A stretch of DNA of 64,000 nt from Macrostomum lignano. Its lineage: Eukaryota. This document shows positions 12,375 through 35,553 of the stretch, in pieces. Within the stretch, counting starts at the first letter, position 1; every line of letters starts with the position of its first letter. The stretch lies in NCBI GenBank assembly GCA_002269645.1, contig NIVC01000010.1:1054001-1118000 (forward strand), read 5' to 3'. A model generated the notes under the pieces. The model searched no databases. It worked only from the letters and a program-made list of their open reading frames with translations, and had not been told where the DNA came from. The position numbers and the translations under genes were made by a program.

Positions 12375-13275
12375 TTTGAGTGGTCTATTGATTGATGCAA
12401 AATGACAGTTTCTAATCTTTGAACTTCATACCAGCAAAAATCTAAATTCTGATGCTCTAGCAGACTACTAGTAGTAGACTAGTGTAATTTGTTTCGGAAT
12501 TAAAAATTAACCAGAAATAATCTCCAAGAAGCTCATTACCCTCTGTAAGACACATTATTAACTTAAAGTTGTGATAAATTTAAGGTTTAGGATCGGTTGA
12601 GAATTACAATTACATCACGATTACGGGGCTAGCTTTGGTTCGTATCTATACATGTATTACTTGAGTACACCTGCCTCATTTCATGCTCATATTTCGATAT
12701 TTCTAGTCAATAAAAAGTTTACCCATGGTCTGCTGCAATGAAAAATGCCCATCTACATCTACCTGGACAGATGAGCACATCACGGGGCTGCTCCTACCCT
12801 GGGCAACTACGTAGCTAGGGATAAACCAGGAATAACTCGTAGCAGAAGAATAATCATGTGACTTCTAGGAGCAGAAATCTTTGTTCTTAACAAGAAGATA
12901 CGCGCTGAAGATAACTGCTGCTCAAAAAAGATGAACGGGCAGCTCTAACCCCGCCCCTTTCGAGTCCCGTCCATCTCCCTCGCCATTGAAGACGTGATCG
13001 GGAACTCATGCTCACAATTTAGAGAGATTGTCCTCCCTGATTGGGAAGAGAGATGTAGCAGTTCACAGGGAGTCTGCGTGATCGGGGGCAGGTCAACAGA
13101 GCTGGGAGAAACTTTCATCCGCCGAAGACAGTTTGATAACCTTTCGATACACCCGTCATCTGTAAAGGAAAGAAAACTGTGCCATTGGCTCACCATATCA
13201 AGCTTAAAAAGGTTCTCATAGCTAACGGGAATCTTCAATCTCGTACCTTCAATTTACAAAATTCATCACGCAACT

Positions 13276-13917
13276 ATGGGTCAAAATTTGAGCTCCTGGT
13301 GTTCCTGCTGCTGCTGGCAGCTGGACGCATTCGTGGCCGATAAAAGCTACGACGCGAGTCCGTCGGTCACCACCAACAATTTTGCAGCGGCTAGCAGTGC
13401 GGCCAACACGAGCAACAATGTCAACAGCAGCTGCAGCGGCGGCAGCGGCGGGGTGAGCGCGAAGAACTGCCAGAAGCCTATTGAAACAGCGCCTGCCATC
13501 AGCATTGAACAGCCGCCCAAAACAGCCCGAAGCCGTTCAGTCAAGCCGTCGGTCAACTTCTCGTCGCCATCAGCCGGACGGAGGATCTCTCTCCGGCGCT
13601 GCTCCAGCCTGGCGGACAAGCAGCTGTTCGGCGACCTGCCCGAAGGCGTGTCGCAGCAGGCGGTCTCCGAGATCCTGCTGCTACGCGGCATGGTCCGCTC
13701 CGGCCTGCTGCCGCTCCGCTCTTACATGTCGATCGCGGCCGAGATACTCGAATGCGACCAGCTCAAGCTGCTGCAGGAGCAGCAGAACCGGAGGCAGCGA
13801 GAGAAGGAGTTGAAACTGCAGCAACTGCGGCAGCAGTACATTCAGCTGCAGCAGAGGAAGGTTCGACCGAAGAGGGAGAAAGCCAAGCCCAGGGCCCGCG
13901 ATGCTGACAGTTCCTAA
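13276..13917 (+). CDS. Intronless 213-aa orphan protein: N-terminal MG + Cys cluster, low-complexity linker, C-terminal Q/R/E/K coiled coil
   Basis: ATG-initiated ORF with GC-rich coding-like codons against an AT-rich background; MGQNLSSWCSCCCW; no recognisable domain. Confidence 0.7.
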   Translation: MGQNLSSWCSCCCWQLDAFVADKSYDASPSVTTNNFAAASSAANTSNNVNSSCSGGSGGVSAKNCQKPIETAPAISIEQPPKTARSRSVKPSVNFSSPSAGRRISLRRCSSLADKQLFGDLPEGVSQQAVSEILLLRGMVRSGLLPLRSYMSIAAEILECDQLKLLQEQQNRRQREKELKLQQLRQQYIQLQQRKVRPKREKAKPRARDADSS

Positions 13918-13977
13918 TTAATTAGTCGGCAACAACTTCTTATTGAATGTTTAGTTTCATATTCATATTTAGGTACT

Positions 13978-14385
13978 TATTTTAGCGCCGCAGGCACTCA
14001 TTTAGGCACCGCAGGCACTATTTTAGCGCTGCGGGCACTCATTTTAGCGTCGCAGACACTCATTTTAGCGCCGCAGGCACTCATTTTGGCGCCGCAGACA
14101 CTCATTTTAGCACCACAGGCACTCATTTTAGCGCCGCAAGCACTCATTTTAGCGCCGCAGGCACTCATGTTAGCGCCACAATAACTCATTTTAGCGCCGC
14201 AGGCACTCATTTTAGCGCCACAGGCACTCATTTTAGCGTCGCGAGCACTCATTTTAGCGCCGCAGACACTCATTTTAGCGCCGCAGGCACTCATTTTAGC
14301 GCCGCAGGCACTCATTTTAGCGCTACAGGCACTCATTTTAGCGCCGCAGGCACTCATTTTAGCGCCACGGGCACTCATTTCGTCA
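13978..14385 (-). repeat. Inverted, more diverged copy of the 21-bp satellite (~19 units)
   Basis: TTTTAGCGCCGCAGGCACTCA is the reverse complement of the 2740-12285 unit. Confidence 0.95.
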
Positions 14386-14774
14386 CAAAAGCGTCACACC
14401 AGGGAACGCTGGCCTTTGTTGTCAGCAGTAACTATTGTACCTTTGTTCCTGTTCACTAATAATATCAACGCAGCATACTTTTCAATTTTTTATTTGCTAA
14501 ACATTTGTACTAGTTTATGTAGCTCAAAGTTTTATTAAAAAGCATCTTGGGTATATTTGACCGAAGCAAACATGCAATAATGTGATTCTACGAACGTACG
14601 TTAGAAGCAAAATGGCTCTTCATCTTAAACCATGATTGTGTCAGCGTCTTTTGCTTGTTTGTGATTGTGCGCGGATACTTTGAAAAAATAAAACAGGAAT
14701 ATCGATAGGGTTCTTTTACAAGGTTTGCGATTTTGTTTGCAGTTCTGAAACATTAAAAAACAATACTACCGTGT

Positions 14775-15162
<388 letters not shown>

Positions 15163-15210
15163 AAGCAAAAGAAAGCAGATCATCTAGCAGTCGTAGGTGC
15201 ACAGAAACTC

Positions 15211-25381
<10,171 letters not shown>

Positions 25382-26791
25382 CGTGCTGTACTTTACCAGG
25401 GAGACTGAGATTCTATCTAGATTTTCTTTAACAAAATCGAAAGAAATTTGTAGTGCCAGCTGGGGGGTTGCGCAGTTCGCGTTTTCAAAGTTCTGGACCA
25501 ATTAGACTTTGTTGGCCAGAGATTCGCATTACCGTTTTGTTCGTTGCCATAGTGTGGCTGAGAGTTCGGTGGGCGAGTAAGAGAGGCAGAGTAGACGGGG
25601 CAGATGGATGGGGGCACAGCCACAGGCTCGGGGCTTTCCGTCAATCAACCTAACCCCGGTTCGCTTTTTGCGCCGCTGTCGTCTCCTTTCTGCATAACGC
25701 CGCTGCGCTCTCAATGCTCTCACTCACTCACTGTAGTTGCTAAGATGTCTTTTAGTGGGTCTAAACGATCTCTATTCTCTCTCTTTCTCTCCCTCTCGAC
25801 CGCTGCGTTTGCTGTCATCTGAATAATTAGAAAAATGAGCAAAAAACCCAGTAGAGTAAAGACAGTGCTCCAGGTGCAAACAGAACCCTGCCTCTTTATT
25901 CAGCATAGTTATCAAACCATGCAATAAGAACTTTTGAAAAAAAACCTTTCCTACTCAGAAAGTTTCTGTGCGTCATGAGAATTTGTGTGCTCAGCCTGCA
26001 TAGCTAAATAATTAGCTATCATCTACTCAAACAGCGCACCTGTCCAGTGACCGATTCTCGCTGGAGTACCCGTTGAAGACTAATTTTAAGTAAAAAAGGT
26101 TCCACTAATGACGCAGCTAATTCTTTGGAAAATGCGTCGCACTATCGACTGTAGCAATGTCTAGCTGACGTATTATCGCTTTTTGCATAGCGACGCTTTT
26201 CGAAGAGTCGAGTAACGTCTATTTCTTTGCCACTTTCAGGTACTTCAAGGTACGGCAGTGCCTTGCACCTGCTAATATTTTGTACTGAATCTCGACAGAA
26301 TCTGGTTTCTTGGCATTCGCAGCCTGAACTTCTGGTCGTTCTGCAATCTCTTGACAACAAATAGAAAGCAAGTCAAGTAGGTGCTCGGGCGCTTTCACTC
26401 TAGTCTGATTGAAAGCTCGCAAATCTCTACACTGTGCTGCTCCGCCCATGTTCAACTAAAAGTTTTGCCTAGCTCAATAGTTCTAGCAGCTTTAACACTC
26501 CTTGCTATGTTGGTTGCAGACAAAGAGCCTCCTATAGTTTTATGCTAGCCAAGTGCTAGCCAACAGAGCAGGGCAGTTTGAGCAAAGCAGACTCGGACAT
26601 GCCTGTCGTTGCTAACAAACGAACGCCTCACCGTTCGGGCTCTCAGCTCTGAAGTGCTGTAGACAAGATGAAATACCTTTTGCAGCGCCTGCCTATCCCA
26701 AATGAACTAGTTTACTCAAGAATGCCCCGTGACAACCCGTGTTTGCTTTCGTTTCCCATCTGAAAGCACATTTTTACGAACTCTAGTCGAA

Positions 26792-27450
<659 letters not shown>

Positions 27451-27887
27451 TTATTGATCGATCTATTTTTCTGTATTTCGAATGTCCAGAGCGCCCTACT
27501 TTTTCAGAAGACTGAATAGTAGTATCTTTGGCATTAAAAATAAATAACTCTACGAATTTTACTCAAAACAGGAGGAAAGAAAGCGAAATCGAAACTGCTA
27601 CTTGTTCTTTGAGATCATCATCATTCTCCGTAGACTCTACTTGGAAATGCATCACATACTTGAATACATTGCCATCGTTACATTTGTGTCGCAATTGCTT
27701 TGCTCCAATTGCCCTTTAATTAATGCCAGAGTGTACTATTATCATTAATTCAACTATTTACAAACAGCTATGATAGCAGGGACAAGGAACTTTGGCAGCT
27801 GTGTATCGCAAATCATTCTTAAGGCTTATTGTCTTCTCAAAGGCATTTTGGTGGCACATACGGCCTGGGCTCGCACCCCACCCTGCT

Positions 27888-29178
27888 GTAGCTGTGTTCC
27901 CACCCCGTTGTAGCTGTCTCCCCCCGCTGTAGCTGTCTCCCCCCGCTGTAGCTGTCTCCCCCCGCTGTAGCTGTCTCTCCCCCGCTGTAGCTGTCTCCCC
28001 CGCTGTAGCTGTCTCCCCCCGCTGTAGCTGTCTCCCCCCGCTGTAGCTGTCTCCCCCCGCTGTAGCTGTCTCCCCCCGCTGTAGCTGTCTCCCCCCGCTG
28101 TAGCTGTCTCCCCCCGCTGTAGCCGTCTCCCCCCGCTGTAGCTGTCTCCCCCCGCTGTAGCTGTCTCCCCCCCGCTGTAGCTGTCTCCCCCCGCTGAAGC
28201 TGTCTCCCTCCGCTGTAGCTGTCTCCCCCCGCTGTAGCTGTCTCCCCCGCTGTAGCTGTCTCCCCCCGCTGTAGCTGTCTCCCCCCCGCTGTAGCTGTCT
28301 CCCCCCCGCTGTAGCTGTCTCCCCCCCGCTGTAGCTGTCTCCCCCCGCTGTAGCTGTCTCCCCCCGCTGTAGCTGTCTCCCCCCGCTGTAGCCGTCTCCC
28401 CCCGCTGTAGCTGTCTCCCCCCGCTGTAGCTGTCTCCCCCCCGCTGTAGCTGTCTCCCCCCCGCTGTAGCTGTCTCCCCCCCGCTGAAGCTGTCTCCCCC
28501 GCTGTAGCTGTCTCCCCCCGCTGTAGCTGTCCCCCCCCGCTGTAGCTGTCTCCCCCCCGCTGTAGCTGTCTCCCCCCCGCTGTAGCTGTCTCCCCCCCGC
28601 TGTAGCTGTCTCCCCCCCGCTGTAGCTGTCTCCCCCCCGCTGAAGCTGTCTCCCCCGCTGTAGCTGTCTCCCCCCGCTGTAGCTGTCTCCCCCGCTGTAG
28701 CTGTCTCCCCCCGCTGTAGCTGTCTCCCCCCGCTGTAGCTGTCTCCCCCCGCTGTAGCTGTCTCCCCCCCGCTGTAGCTGTCTCCCCCCGCTGTAGCTGT
28801 CTCCCCCCGCTGTAGCTGTCTCCCCCCCGCTGAAGCTGTCTCCCCCGCTGTAGCTGTCTCCCCCCCGCTGAAGCTGTCTCCCCCGCTGTAGCTGTCTCCC
28901 CCCGCTGTAGCTGTCTCCCCCCGCTGTAGCTGTCTCCCCCCGCTGTAGCTGTCTCCCCCCGCTGTAGCTGTCTCCCCCCCGCTGTAGCTGTCTCCCCCCC
29001 GCTGTAGCTGTCTCCCCCCGCTGAAGCTGTCTCCCCCCGCTGTAGCTGTCTCCCCCCCGCTGTAGCTGTCTCCCCCCGCTGTAGCTGTCCCCCCCGCTGT
29101 AGCTGTCTCCCCCCGCTGTAGCTGTCTCCCCCCGCTGTAGCTGTCCCCCCCGCTGTAGCTGTCTCCCCCCGCTGTAGC
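27888..29178. repeat. 18-20-bp minisatellite GCTGTAGCTGTCT(C)5-7
   Basis: Tandem array with variable C-run length. Confidence 0.96.
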
Positions 29179-30046
29179 CGACCCTCTGTTGCTGCAGGAC
29201 TGTAGAACGACTCATTTTAGATAAATGGCAACTCAAATAAATCGGTTGGCCGCCCACGCTCAGGTACTCACAAAACTGACAAGGAGAATGAACTTCCATT
29301 TTTTCGTGAGCAAGCGAGCTTTGTAAATCTGTCAGAACAGAGTCTGAATGTTTTACACAGGCTCTCTTGTGACGTCTTTTTAAAGCTGGCTACTCACGAA
29401 ATCCTGAATATTTGCGAGCCTCATCCAGGCAGGCAGACAGGCGAGCAGTTGTCATCGGCAACTCAAGTAGAAGGTCGCGATTCTCTCACAAAATCGTGCG
29501 ACTCTTACTTTGCCGAAAAAGCACTAGCTATATAGTAAGAACTCCCAATCTCGCTACTGAATTTTATAGGTAAACCTTGCCTCATTTATCCGGATTAAGA
29601 ATTAATTGTGCTCATCATAGTGTAAATTTGTTACCAAACAAAATACATTTGTATTTAGTTAGGTAAATAAGCATGTCAAGCAGAGAAGTACAATATGCCA
29701 TTTAAATGATTGCTATCTTTCACATTAACCCACTGCTCATCGATATATTTACTTTGTTTATTTAAATGTCACACAAATCCAATTAAATAGTTTCCAGAGT
29801 CGCAGACTTTTAGGATCTTTTAAAAAATAAAGCCAAAAGAAACAGTCGGTCGCTGCTCGACTTAGGATGTCACGTAGCCCTCAGTTAAACATGCTCCAAA
29901 TTTTCTGTTTTTAAACTCGAGGGGGGATTTGTTATTTTTGGTTAACAAGCATTAAAGACAAACAAATTGCGATTGATATTATCGTAGGATTTCTCGCTGA
30001 CTTGATTCATAAACGGTGCTGACTCGAGTTGCGCATGGCAACTAAC

Positions 30047-30426
30047 CTACTGCGGCCGCTCATGCATGGCTCGCAGTTTCCAATAGAAGTTTGGACAGCC
30101 GCACTGGCAGGGCAGCTGCTGGTTGCCATAGTTATACCAGCTCGACTTGCACTTGAAAGCCGCCAGACAGAAGTGCCGGCAGATCATGCGCCAGTGGGCG
30201 ATCACCTTGGCTGTAATCAGGGGGGGGGCAATTCAGAGATGGAACACCTGCGTCAATTTAGAAGACATATGTAGCTAAGCCAGGACTCACCATGCGCCGA
30301 CGGTATAAACGACACGCGTTTGCTAGCGATTGAAAGGTTGTCGGTGTTAGTTGAATCTGCAGCGCCGTCCACTGCCACAGCGACAGCGCAGGCAAGAATG
30401 AAGCAGATGCCAACCAGGACTTGCAT
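30047..30426 (-). CDS. Two-exon 99-aa prepropeptide with a 6-Cys cationic mature region (defensin/mytilin-like candidate)
   Basis: join(30426-30291, 30210-30047) on the minus strand. 80-nt intron with GTGAGT donor and C-rich TGATTACAG acceptor, phase 1 matches. MQVLVGICFILACAVAVAVDG-AADSTNTDNLSIASKR-VSFIPSAHAKVIAHWRMICRHFCLAAFKCKSSWYNYGNQQLPCQCGCPNFYWKLRAMHERPQ*. Confidence 0.7.
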
Positions 30427-30526
30427 TTCTGTCTCTATTGATCTATCGAGTAGCAAACTAAGGCCTTCGACTGATTCCAAATTTCCAAGTTTGCGCAGCA
30501 AAAGCTGACGCCTCACGGGCGCTCAA

Positions 30527-30532
30527 TTTATA
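30527..30532 (-). promoter_or_regulatory. TATA box of the defensin-like gene
   Basis: TATAAA on the minus strand ~100 nt upstream of the ATG at 30426. Confidence 0.5.
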
Positions 30533-31869
30533 CTATTGATTTTCATCGATGCAGCCAATGAGAGCGTTAATGGGATAGCTGAAGGACGACTAATCGCAAG
30601 TGGGAGGAGCAAAGGAGAGACTGGCGGGGGTGGACTTTAATGAGGATATGGACAACTACAGTAGAAGGACGTTTTACTCGCAAATCGTCCAAGTCAAAGT
30701 TGGAGGTCGGGTTTCACATTGGAAAACGGATGACAGACTTAGGAAGTGGGTTTAGTTTCTTTGCACCAAATTTCCTAAGCCTCACCTTTTGCAAGTACGC
30801 GAGTTCTTCAGGTTTTAGGTAGATAAAATAGTTGCAGTTGTTACAGGGTCATAATTTCATCTCTATAAAGGTTTTTGATGATGCTGATTTCAATTTTTTT
30901 GCTTCATTTCTGTGTAGCATGAGATTCTTCATTTGAATTGAGTTCACGAACCTAAACTTCAATGGAGGAATGGAGGCCTATAGAATAGGTATATTTATTC
31001 TTGACTCTTGGGAACCAACTGAACCCAGAGGTGAAGCAGAGAGCTCTGAAGATAACAGTTGTTATATTTAGAAGTCTCTGGGTGAACCCAACAACCATCC
31101 ACCAGGGGCATAAGGAATGGGGGTTTTAGGGTGGGGAGAAAAAACAACTATATTTGAGCGTTTTGGCTCTTTAACAAGAAGTTTTTCACAACTTTTCTCG
31201 ACTATCTTGTGAGAACACCTCGAACTAAACCGCGCAAGAAGATGATTTATTGGGAGTTGAGTGCAAAAGGAACTGAAAAACACCCACTTTGCTAATGCGT
31301 TTTACAGCAAAAAAATCGAGCCTCCAGCAAATCTTTTGAGCGGGATTCTTTTAAGTTAAAACCCAGCATTTTCAAGTCACACAGATTCTTGTCAGTTTTT
31401 GCGTCTTTCATCTTCGGTAGTTAAAGAATATTTAATCAAATAAATCCGCATCTGGTGTGTCGGATGAGCAGGTAGGCAAAAGATCCATCAATAAGGAAAT
31501 TGATTTTTAAAAATACTAATTTTTGAAATGGAGATTAACATGCCTGCAGGCTGTTCTTATGAGTTATTTTTCGGTTCAGCCTTTCAATCTTTCCTACCAC
31601 CCAGAACAATTGACGTCATTGCCTTGTGAGCCCGATCGTCAAATAGAGCGCAGTTTTTTCAAAAGCAAAAAGCTAACTTGTTGCAACCATCTAGCTAGCT
31701 TCACGCTCCCCCACAGAGAAGCTAAGCAATACTATTTGCGATTCAGAACAGCGGTTGAAGGAACTGAGAGCTTGGAAGAGTGCCGTCCGTCACCTCTTCG
31801 CATCAGGGGTGTGGCCTTCATCAGCGTGTATTTGAGGTAGGCACCAGAGAGCATTTCGCATTATTAACG

Positions 31870-32855
31870 ACCAGGGGCTTTAGCACCAGGGGCGCCAGCA
31901 CCAGGGGCTTTAGCACCAGGGGCGCCAGCACCAGGGGCTTTAGCACCAGGGGCTTTAGCACCAGGGGCTTTAGCACCAGGGGCGCCAGCACCAGGGGCGC
32001 CAGCACCAGGGGCGCCAGCACCAGGGGCGCCAGCACCAGGGGCGCCAGCACCAGGGGCGCCAGCACCAGGGGCGCCAGCACCAGGGGCGCCAGCACCAGG
32101 GGCGCCAGCACCAGGGGCGCCAGCACCAGGGGCGCCAGCACCAGGGGCGCCAGCACCAGGGGCGCCAGCACCAGGGGCGCCAGCACCAGGGGCGCCAGCA
32201 CCAGGGGCGCCAGCACCAGGGGCTTTAGCACCAGGGGCGCCAGCACCAGGGGCTTTAGCACCAGGGGCGCCAGCACCAGGGGCGCCAGCACCAGGGGCGC
32301 CAGCACCAGGGGCTTTAGCACCAGGGGCGCCAGCACCAGGGGCGCCAGCACCAGGGGCGCCAGCACCAGGGGCGCCAGCACCAGGGGCGCCAGCACCAGG
32401 GGCGCCAGCACCAGGGGCGCCAGCACCAGGGACGCCAGCACCAGGGGCTTTAGCACCAGGGGCGCCAGCACCAGGGGCGCCAGCACCAGGGGCGCCAGCA
32501 CCAGGGGCTTTAGCACCAGGGGCTTTAGCACCAGGGGCGCCAGCAACAGGGGCGCCAGCACCAGGGGCGCCAGCACCAGGGGCTTTAGCACCAGGGGCGC
32601 CAGCAACAGGGGCGCCAGCACCAGGGGCTTTAGCACCAGGGGCGCCAGCACCAGGGGCTTTAGCACCAGGGGCTTTAGCACCAGGGGCGCCAGCACCAGG
32701 GGCGCCAGCACCAGGGACGCCAGCACCAGGGGCTTTAGCACCAGGGGCGCCAGCACCAGGGGCGCCAGCACCAGGGGCGCCAGCACCAGGGGCGCCAGCA
32801 ACAGGGGCGCCAGCACCAGGGGCTTTAGCACCAGGGGCGCCAACACCAGGAGCAC
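31870..32855. repeat. 15-bp minisatellite AGCACCAGGGG(CGCC/CTTT), ~65 copies
   Basis: Tandem array with two dominant unit types. Confidence 0.96.
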
Positions 32856-33634
32856 CAGTTGTTGCCTTTTATATATTTTTGATAAAAAAAATCCAGATAT
32901 TGAATAATGTCAATAGTACATACTAGCAATGAGATGTCAATGAATTAGCCATACATCACGCTCTGGTATGTGTAGTGAGTGATAAACATGCCAAGGTTGG
33001 ATCGTTCGATAATAAATCATATAATATTTAAGTAGAAGGACAATGTACTTCTACAAACTGCTTAAATTTCGCTTCAAAGTTCAAATAGAGCAGGTACATT
33101 TTTGTACGAAGTTGCTAATTAGAGCAATAATTATAACTTTATTCTTTAGTGCTAAGCCGATCTTAAGATGTGAAGAACTTCGTCTCCGGTTATTTTCTAT
33201 TTGTCTAGAGAGCGGAAGGAATCACTGAGACATTTTATCAAGATTTTTGTATTGTCTATTGCTTAATTATTCTTTGAAATCTGTGACTAGTTTCAGTTTG
33301 GTCGTTTAATTACCTCCTAATGGACAAAAAAACTGTTGCAGCACAACGTTATGGAGGATTTCGCTGGACTTTAAAGGCATCTTCACTTTTGTAACGATTT
33401 TGAAGTTCTGTAAAAACTTTTAAAAGCGCCTGACTAATAGTCTAATGCGAAGAGGAACTGCTTTATCCTAAGGCCGTATCCCGCCATGCAGTATCTGGTT
33501 AAAAATAGAACGATTCCAATGCACACCTGATCAGACGGACATGCGCAACAGTCGAAATTTCCTAATATAGAAAGCCCAGCATTGGTAGAAAATTTCTTTA
33601 CCCCCCTCCATGTGGGTAGGACAGCCATCATTTA

Positions 33635-33800
33635 TCTCTACATATAAAAATCAAAACTCTGTGTGTCTGTGTGTGTGTGTGTGTGTGTCTGTGTGTGTAC
33701 AATTTTGATCGCTATGGACTCCCAAACCGCTCAACCAAATTACACCAAACTTTACACCCACCCTAAACTTACTACGGAGAATGTCTTAGGCTACCTTTAA
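33635..33800 (+). mobile_element. Helitron-like (Lep1/HINE-type) 5' end
   Basis: A|TC start, TCTACATATAAAAATCAAAA, then a (TG)n tract, then GCTATGGACTCCCAAACCGCTCAACCAAATTACACCAAACTTT, the usual layout of non-autonomous Helitron heads. The 3' end was not identified. Confidence 0.45.
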
Positions 33801-34149
33801 ATTTCCTAGACTCAAGTCTTCCTACCTAAAAGTACAAAAAACTGCTCAAAATGCGCGATTTTTTCACTTAATCCTCCATAGCGCCGCTCCACTTTTACCG
33901 ATTCTCTTCAAATTTGACACAGATAATCTTAAACTATTTTGGCACAATCATGTAATAAGAACTAAATAAGACAGTCGCGATAGGGCCAATATTCCGCTTC
34001 TGCACTAAGTTGACAATTTCCCTATGCTTCCGAAGATTGTCTTTCAGCTTTGATTTGAACTTCAAACTGTTAGAAACGTCTTACAACAAAGTGTTAGAAC
34101 CCATGTTGGCTATGCAGCCTGCAAGTAGGAGGGGGAAGGGTCAAGAGCA

Positions 34150-34510
34150 GGGGCCGTAGCCCAGTGGTCCAGCGAGGCGCTCTGATGTGCCAGCGGCCCA
34201 GGCTCGATTCCAAGTGCAGTCACATTAATTTGGGGCTGAATTGGAATCTCGGCTTGGCTCTGCTCGTGCAATTAACGGCCAGCTTTGAGGGCCAACCCCC
34301 AAGGCACAGTGAAGTGTACATGCCTAACGATAAATAAAGTTAGGCCCGCTGTACACTCCTGTGTGAGTGTGTGCCTGCGCGTATGACTGCGTACGTATCC
34401 GCGCGCTTGTATGCCTGCTCAGGGAGTCGGCGGAATGGGGGCAGTAATGCCTATCGCCGGTTGTGAGACAATGTCGCTTAAAGTGCGCCAGGGGGCCACA
34501 CAGTAAAAAA
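34150..34510 (+). mobile_element. tRNA-derived SINE, full-length copy
   Basis: GGGGCCGTAGCCCAGTGG (A box), GGCTCGATTCC (B-box-like), shared core, A-rich end. Confidence 0.85.
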
Positions 34511-35553
34511 GTTTACCAAAAGGTGTAAGATCGGACGAGACGAGAAATTAGGCAGGAAATTATTCGAGATTTTCGCCTTCAAGGCGAGACTTAAGGATTT
34601 TGCACAGGTAAGATGATTTGATTGATTGCTCAATGAGAACCATGCGGGTTAGCTCATTTTAAAAAATAGACCTTGCGTAAGGCCTTATTATGAAGGATAA
34701 AAGACACTGTATAAACAGTAATCCTAAATAAGAGACTTTATTAAACTATACGAATGGCAAAGTACGGGCGTAGGTTGGCAATTTTGGCTGCAAAAAACAA
34801 GCCAAAAACACGTGACTAATCGGCAGGCAATTTCCAGATCGCAGCTGCGTTGAAACAAAAGTCTGGAGAGTCCACAAACGGCAAAGGTTCCTAATCGCGG
34901 ACCAGCTCATGCACAGGCAAAGAAAAAGCAGCAATTTTAAACAAAATACTCAACACGGCTTTTCAATCAAAGGCATCAAAGTTGCATCTACAGACAAAAA
35001 TATGAGGTGGGCGGTCACTTTGATCCGGAAACCATCTGAGGCTCAGGCAGAGGAACTGCCCAGTCGTACGAAGGGGGGGGGGAAGCACGAGAAATGCCCG
35101 CAGACGAATTTCCCGCCGAGATTTGCCCGCAGGAGATTTGCCAACATAAAACTCTCAGGCTCTTAGTTTTGCTGAACTGAATTATTGAATTTAAGAATGC
35201 ACTATACCAAAATTGATAAGCTGCAGAGGGCAGAAACGAGCTATAACGCCGAGCACATGGATAAAGCGAGAGAAGAGACGAGTGAGTTGAGAGGAAAGAC
35301 AAGAAGACAGAAGAGAGAAGGTAGAGCGAGCGTTATGGCTCGTTTCGGCCCGATGCAGCCCATCCATATAAGTGTAATAGTTAGCGAGCGAGAAACCGCG
35401 TTTCACGGCCCGCTGAAAATGTCTATGGCAAAGTCAGAAGACAGCGGGGTCAGGGGGGCGCCACCAGCACTCTAGAGAAATCAAGAGAGAATGAATCTAA
35501 GAAATTGTCTATGGCCAAAACTAGCTCCTAATTTTGTGAATATACTCGTAAAT

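Noticed and set aside
26100-26460. Short minus-strand ORFs upstream of NCKX
   Set aside because: No recognisable motif and interrupted by stops; cannot be supported as coding.
27758-29299. 513-aa GGDSYSGGRQLQR ORF
   Set aside because: Variable-length C-run minisatellite; the frame depends on homopolymer lengths.
30211-30250. Upstream acceptor (GACGCAG|GTGTT) for exon 2 of the peptide gene
   Set aside because: With the 9-C run it gives a short frame with only one Cys; the downstream acceptor at 30211 is in phase and has the better pyrimidine tract. The upstream site is possible only if the homopolymer is miscalled.
31780-32907. RGAST ORF and an elastin-like GAPAP/GALAP frame
   Set aside because: No synonymous variation, only two unit types, open in several frames on both strands, and the GAPAP frame has a stop just upstream with no start; best read as a minisatellite. 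RNA-seq coverage would reopen it.
34150-34225. Genuine tRNA genes at 34150 and 37383
   Set aside because: Acceptor and T stems do not close, and both continue into a shared ~280-bp body; these are SINE heads.
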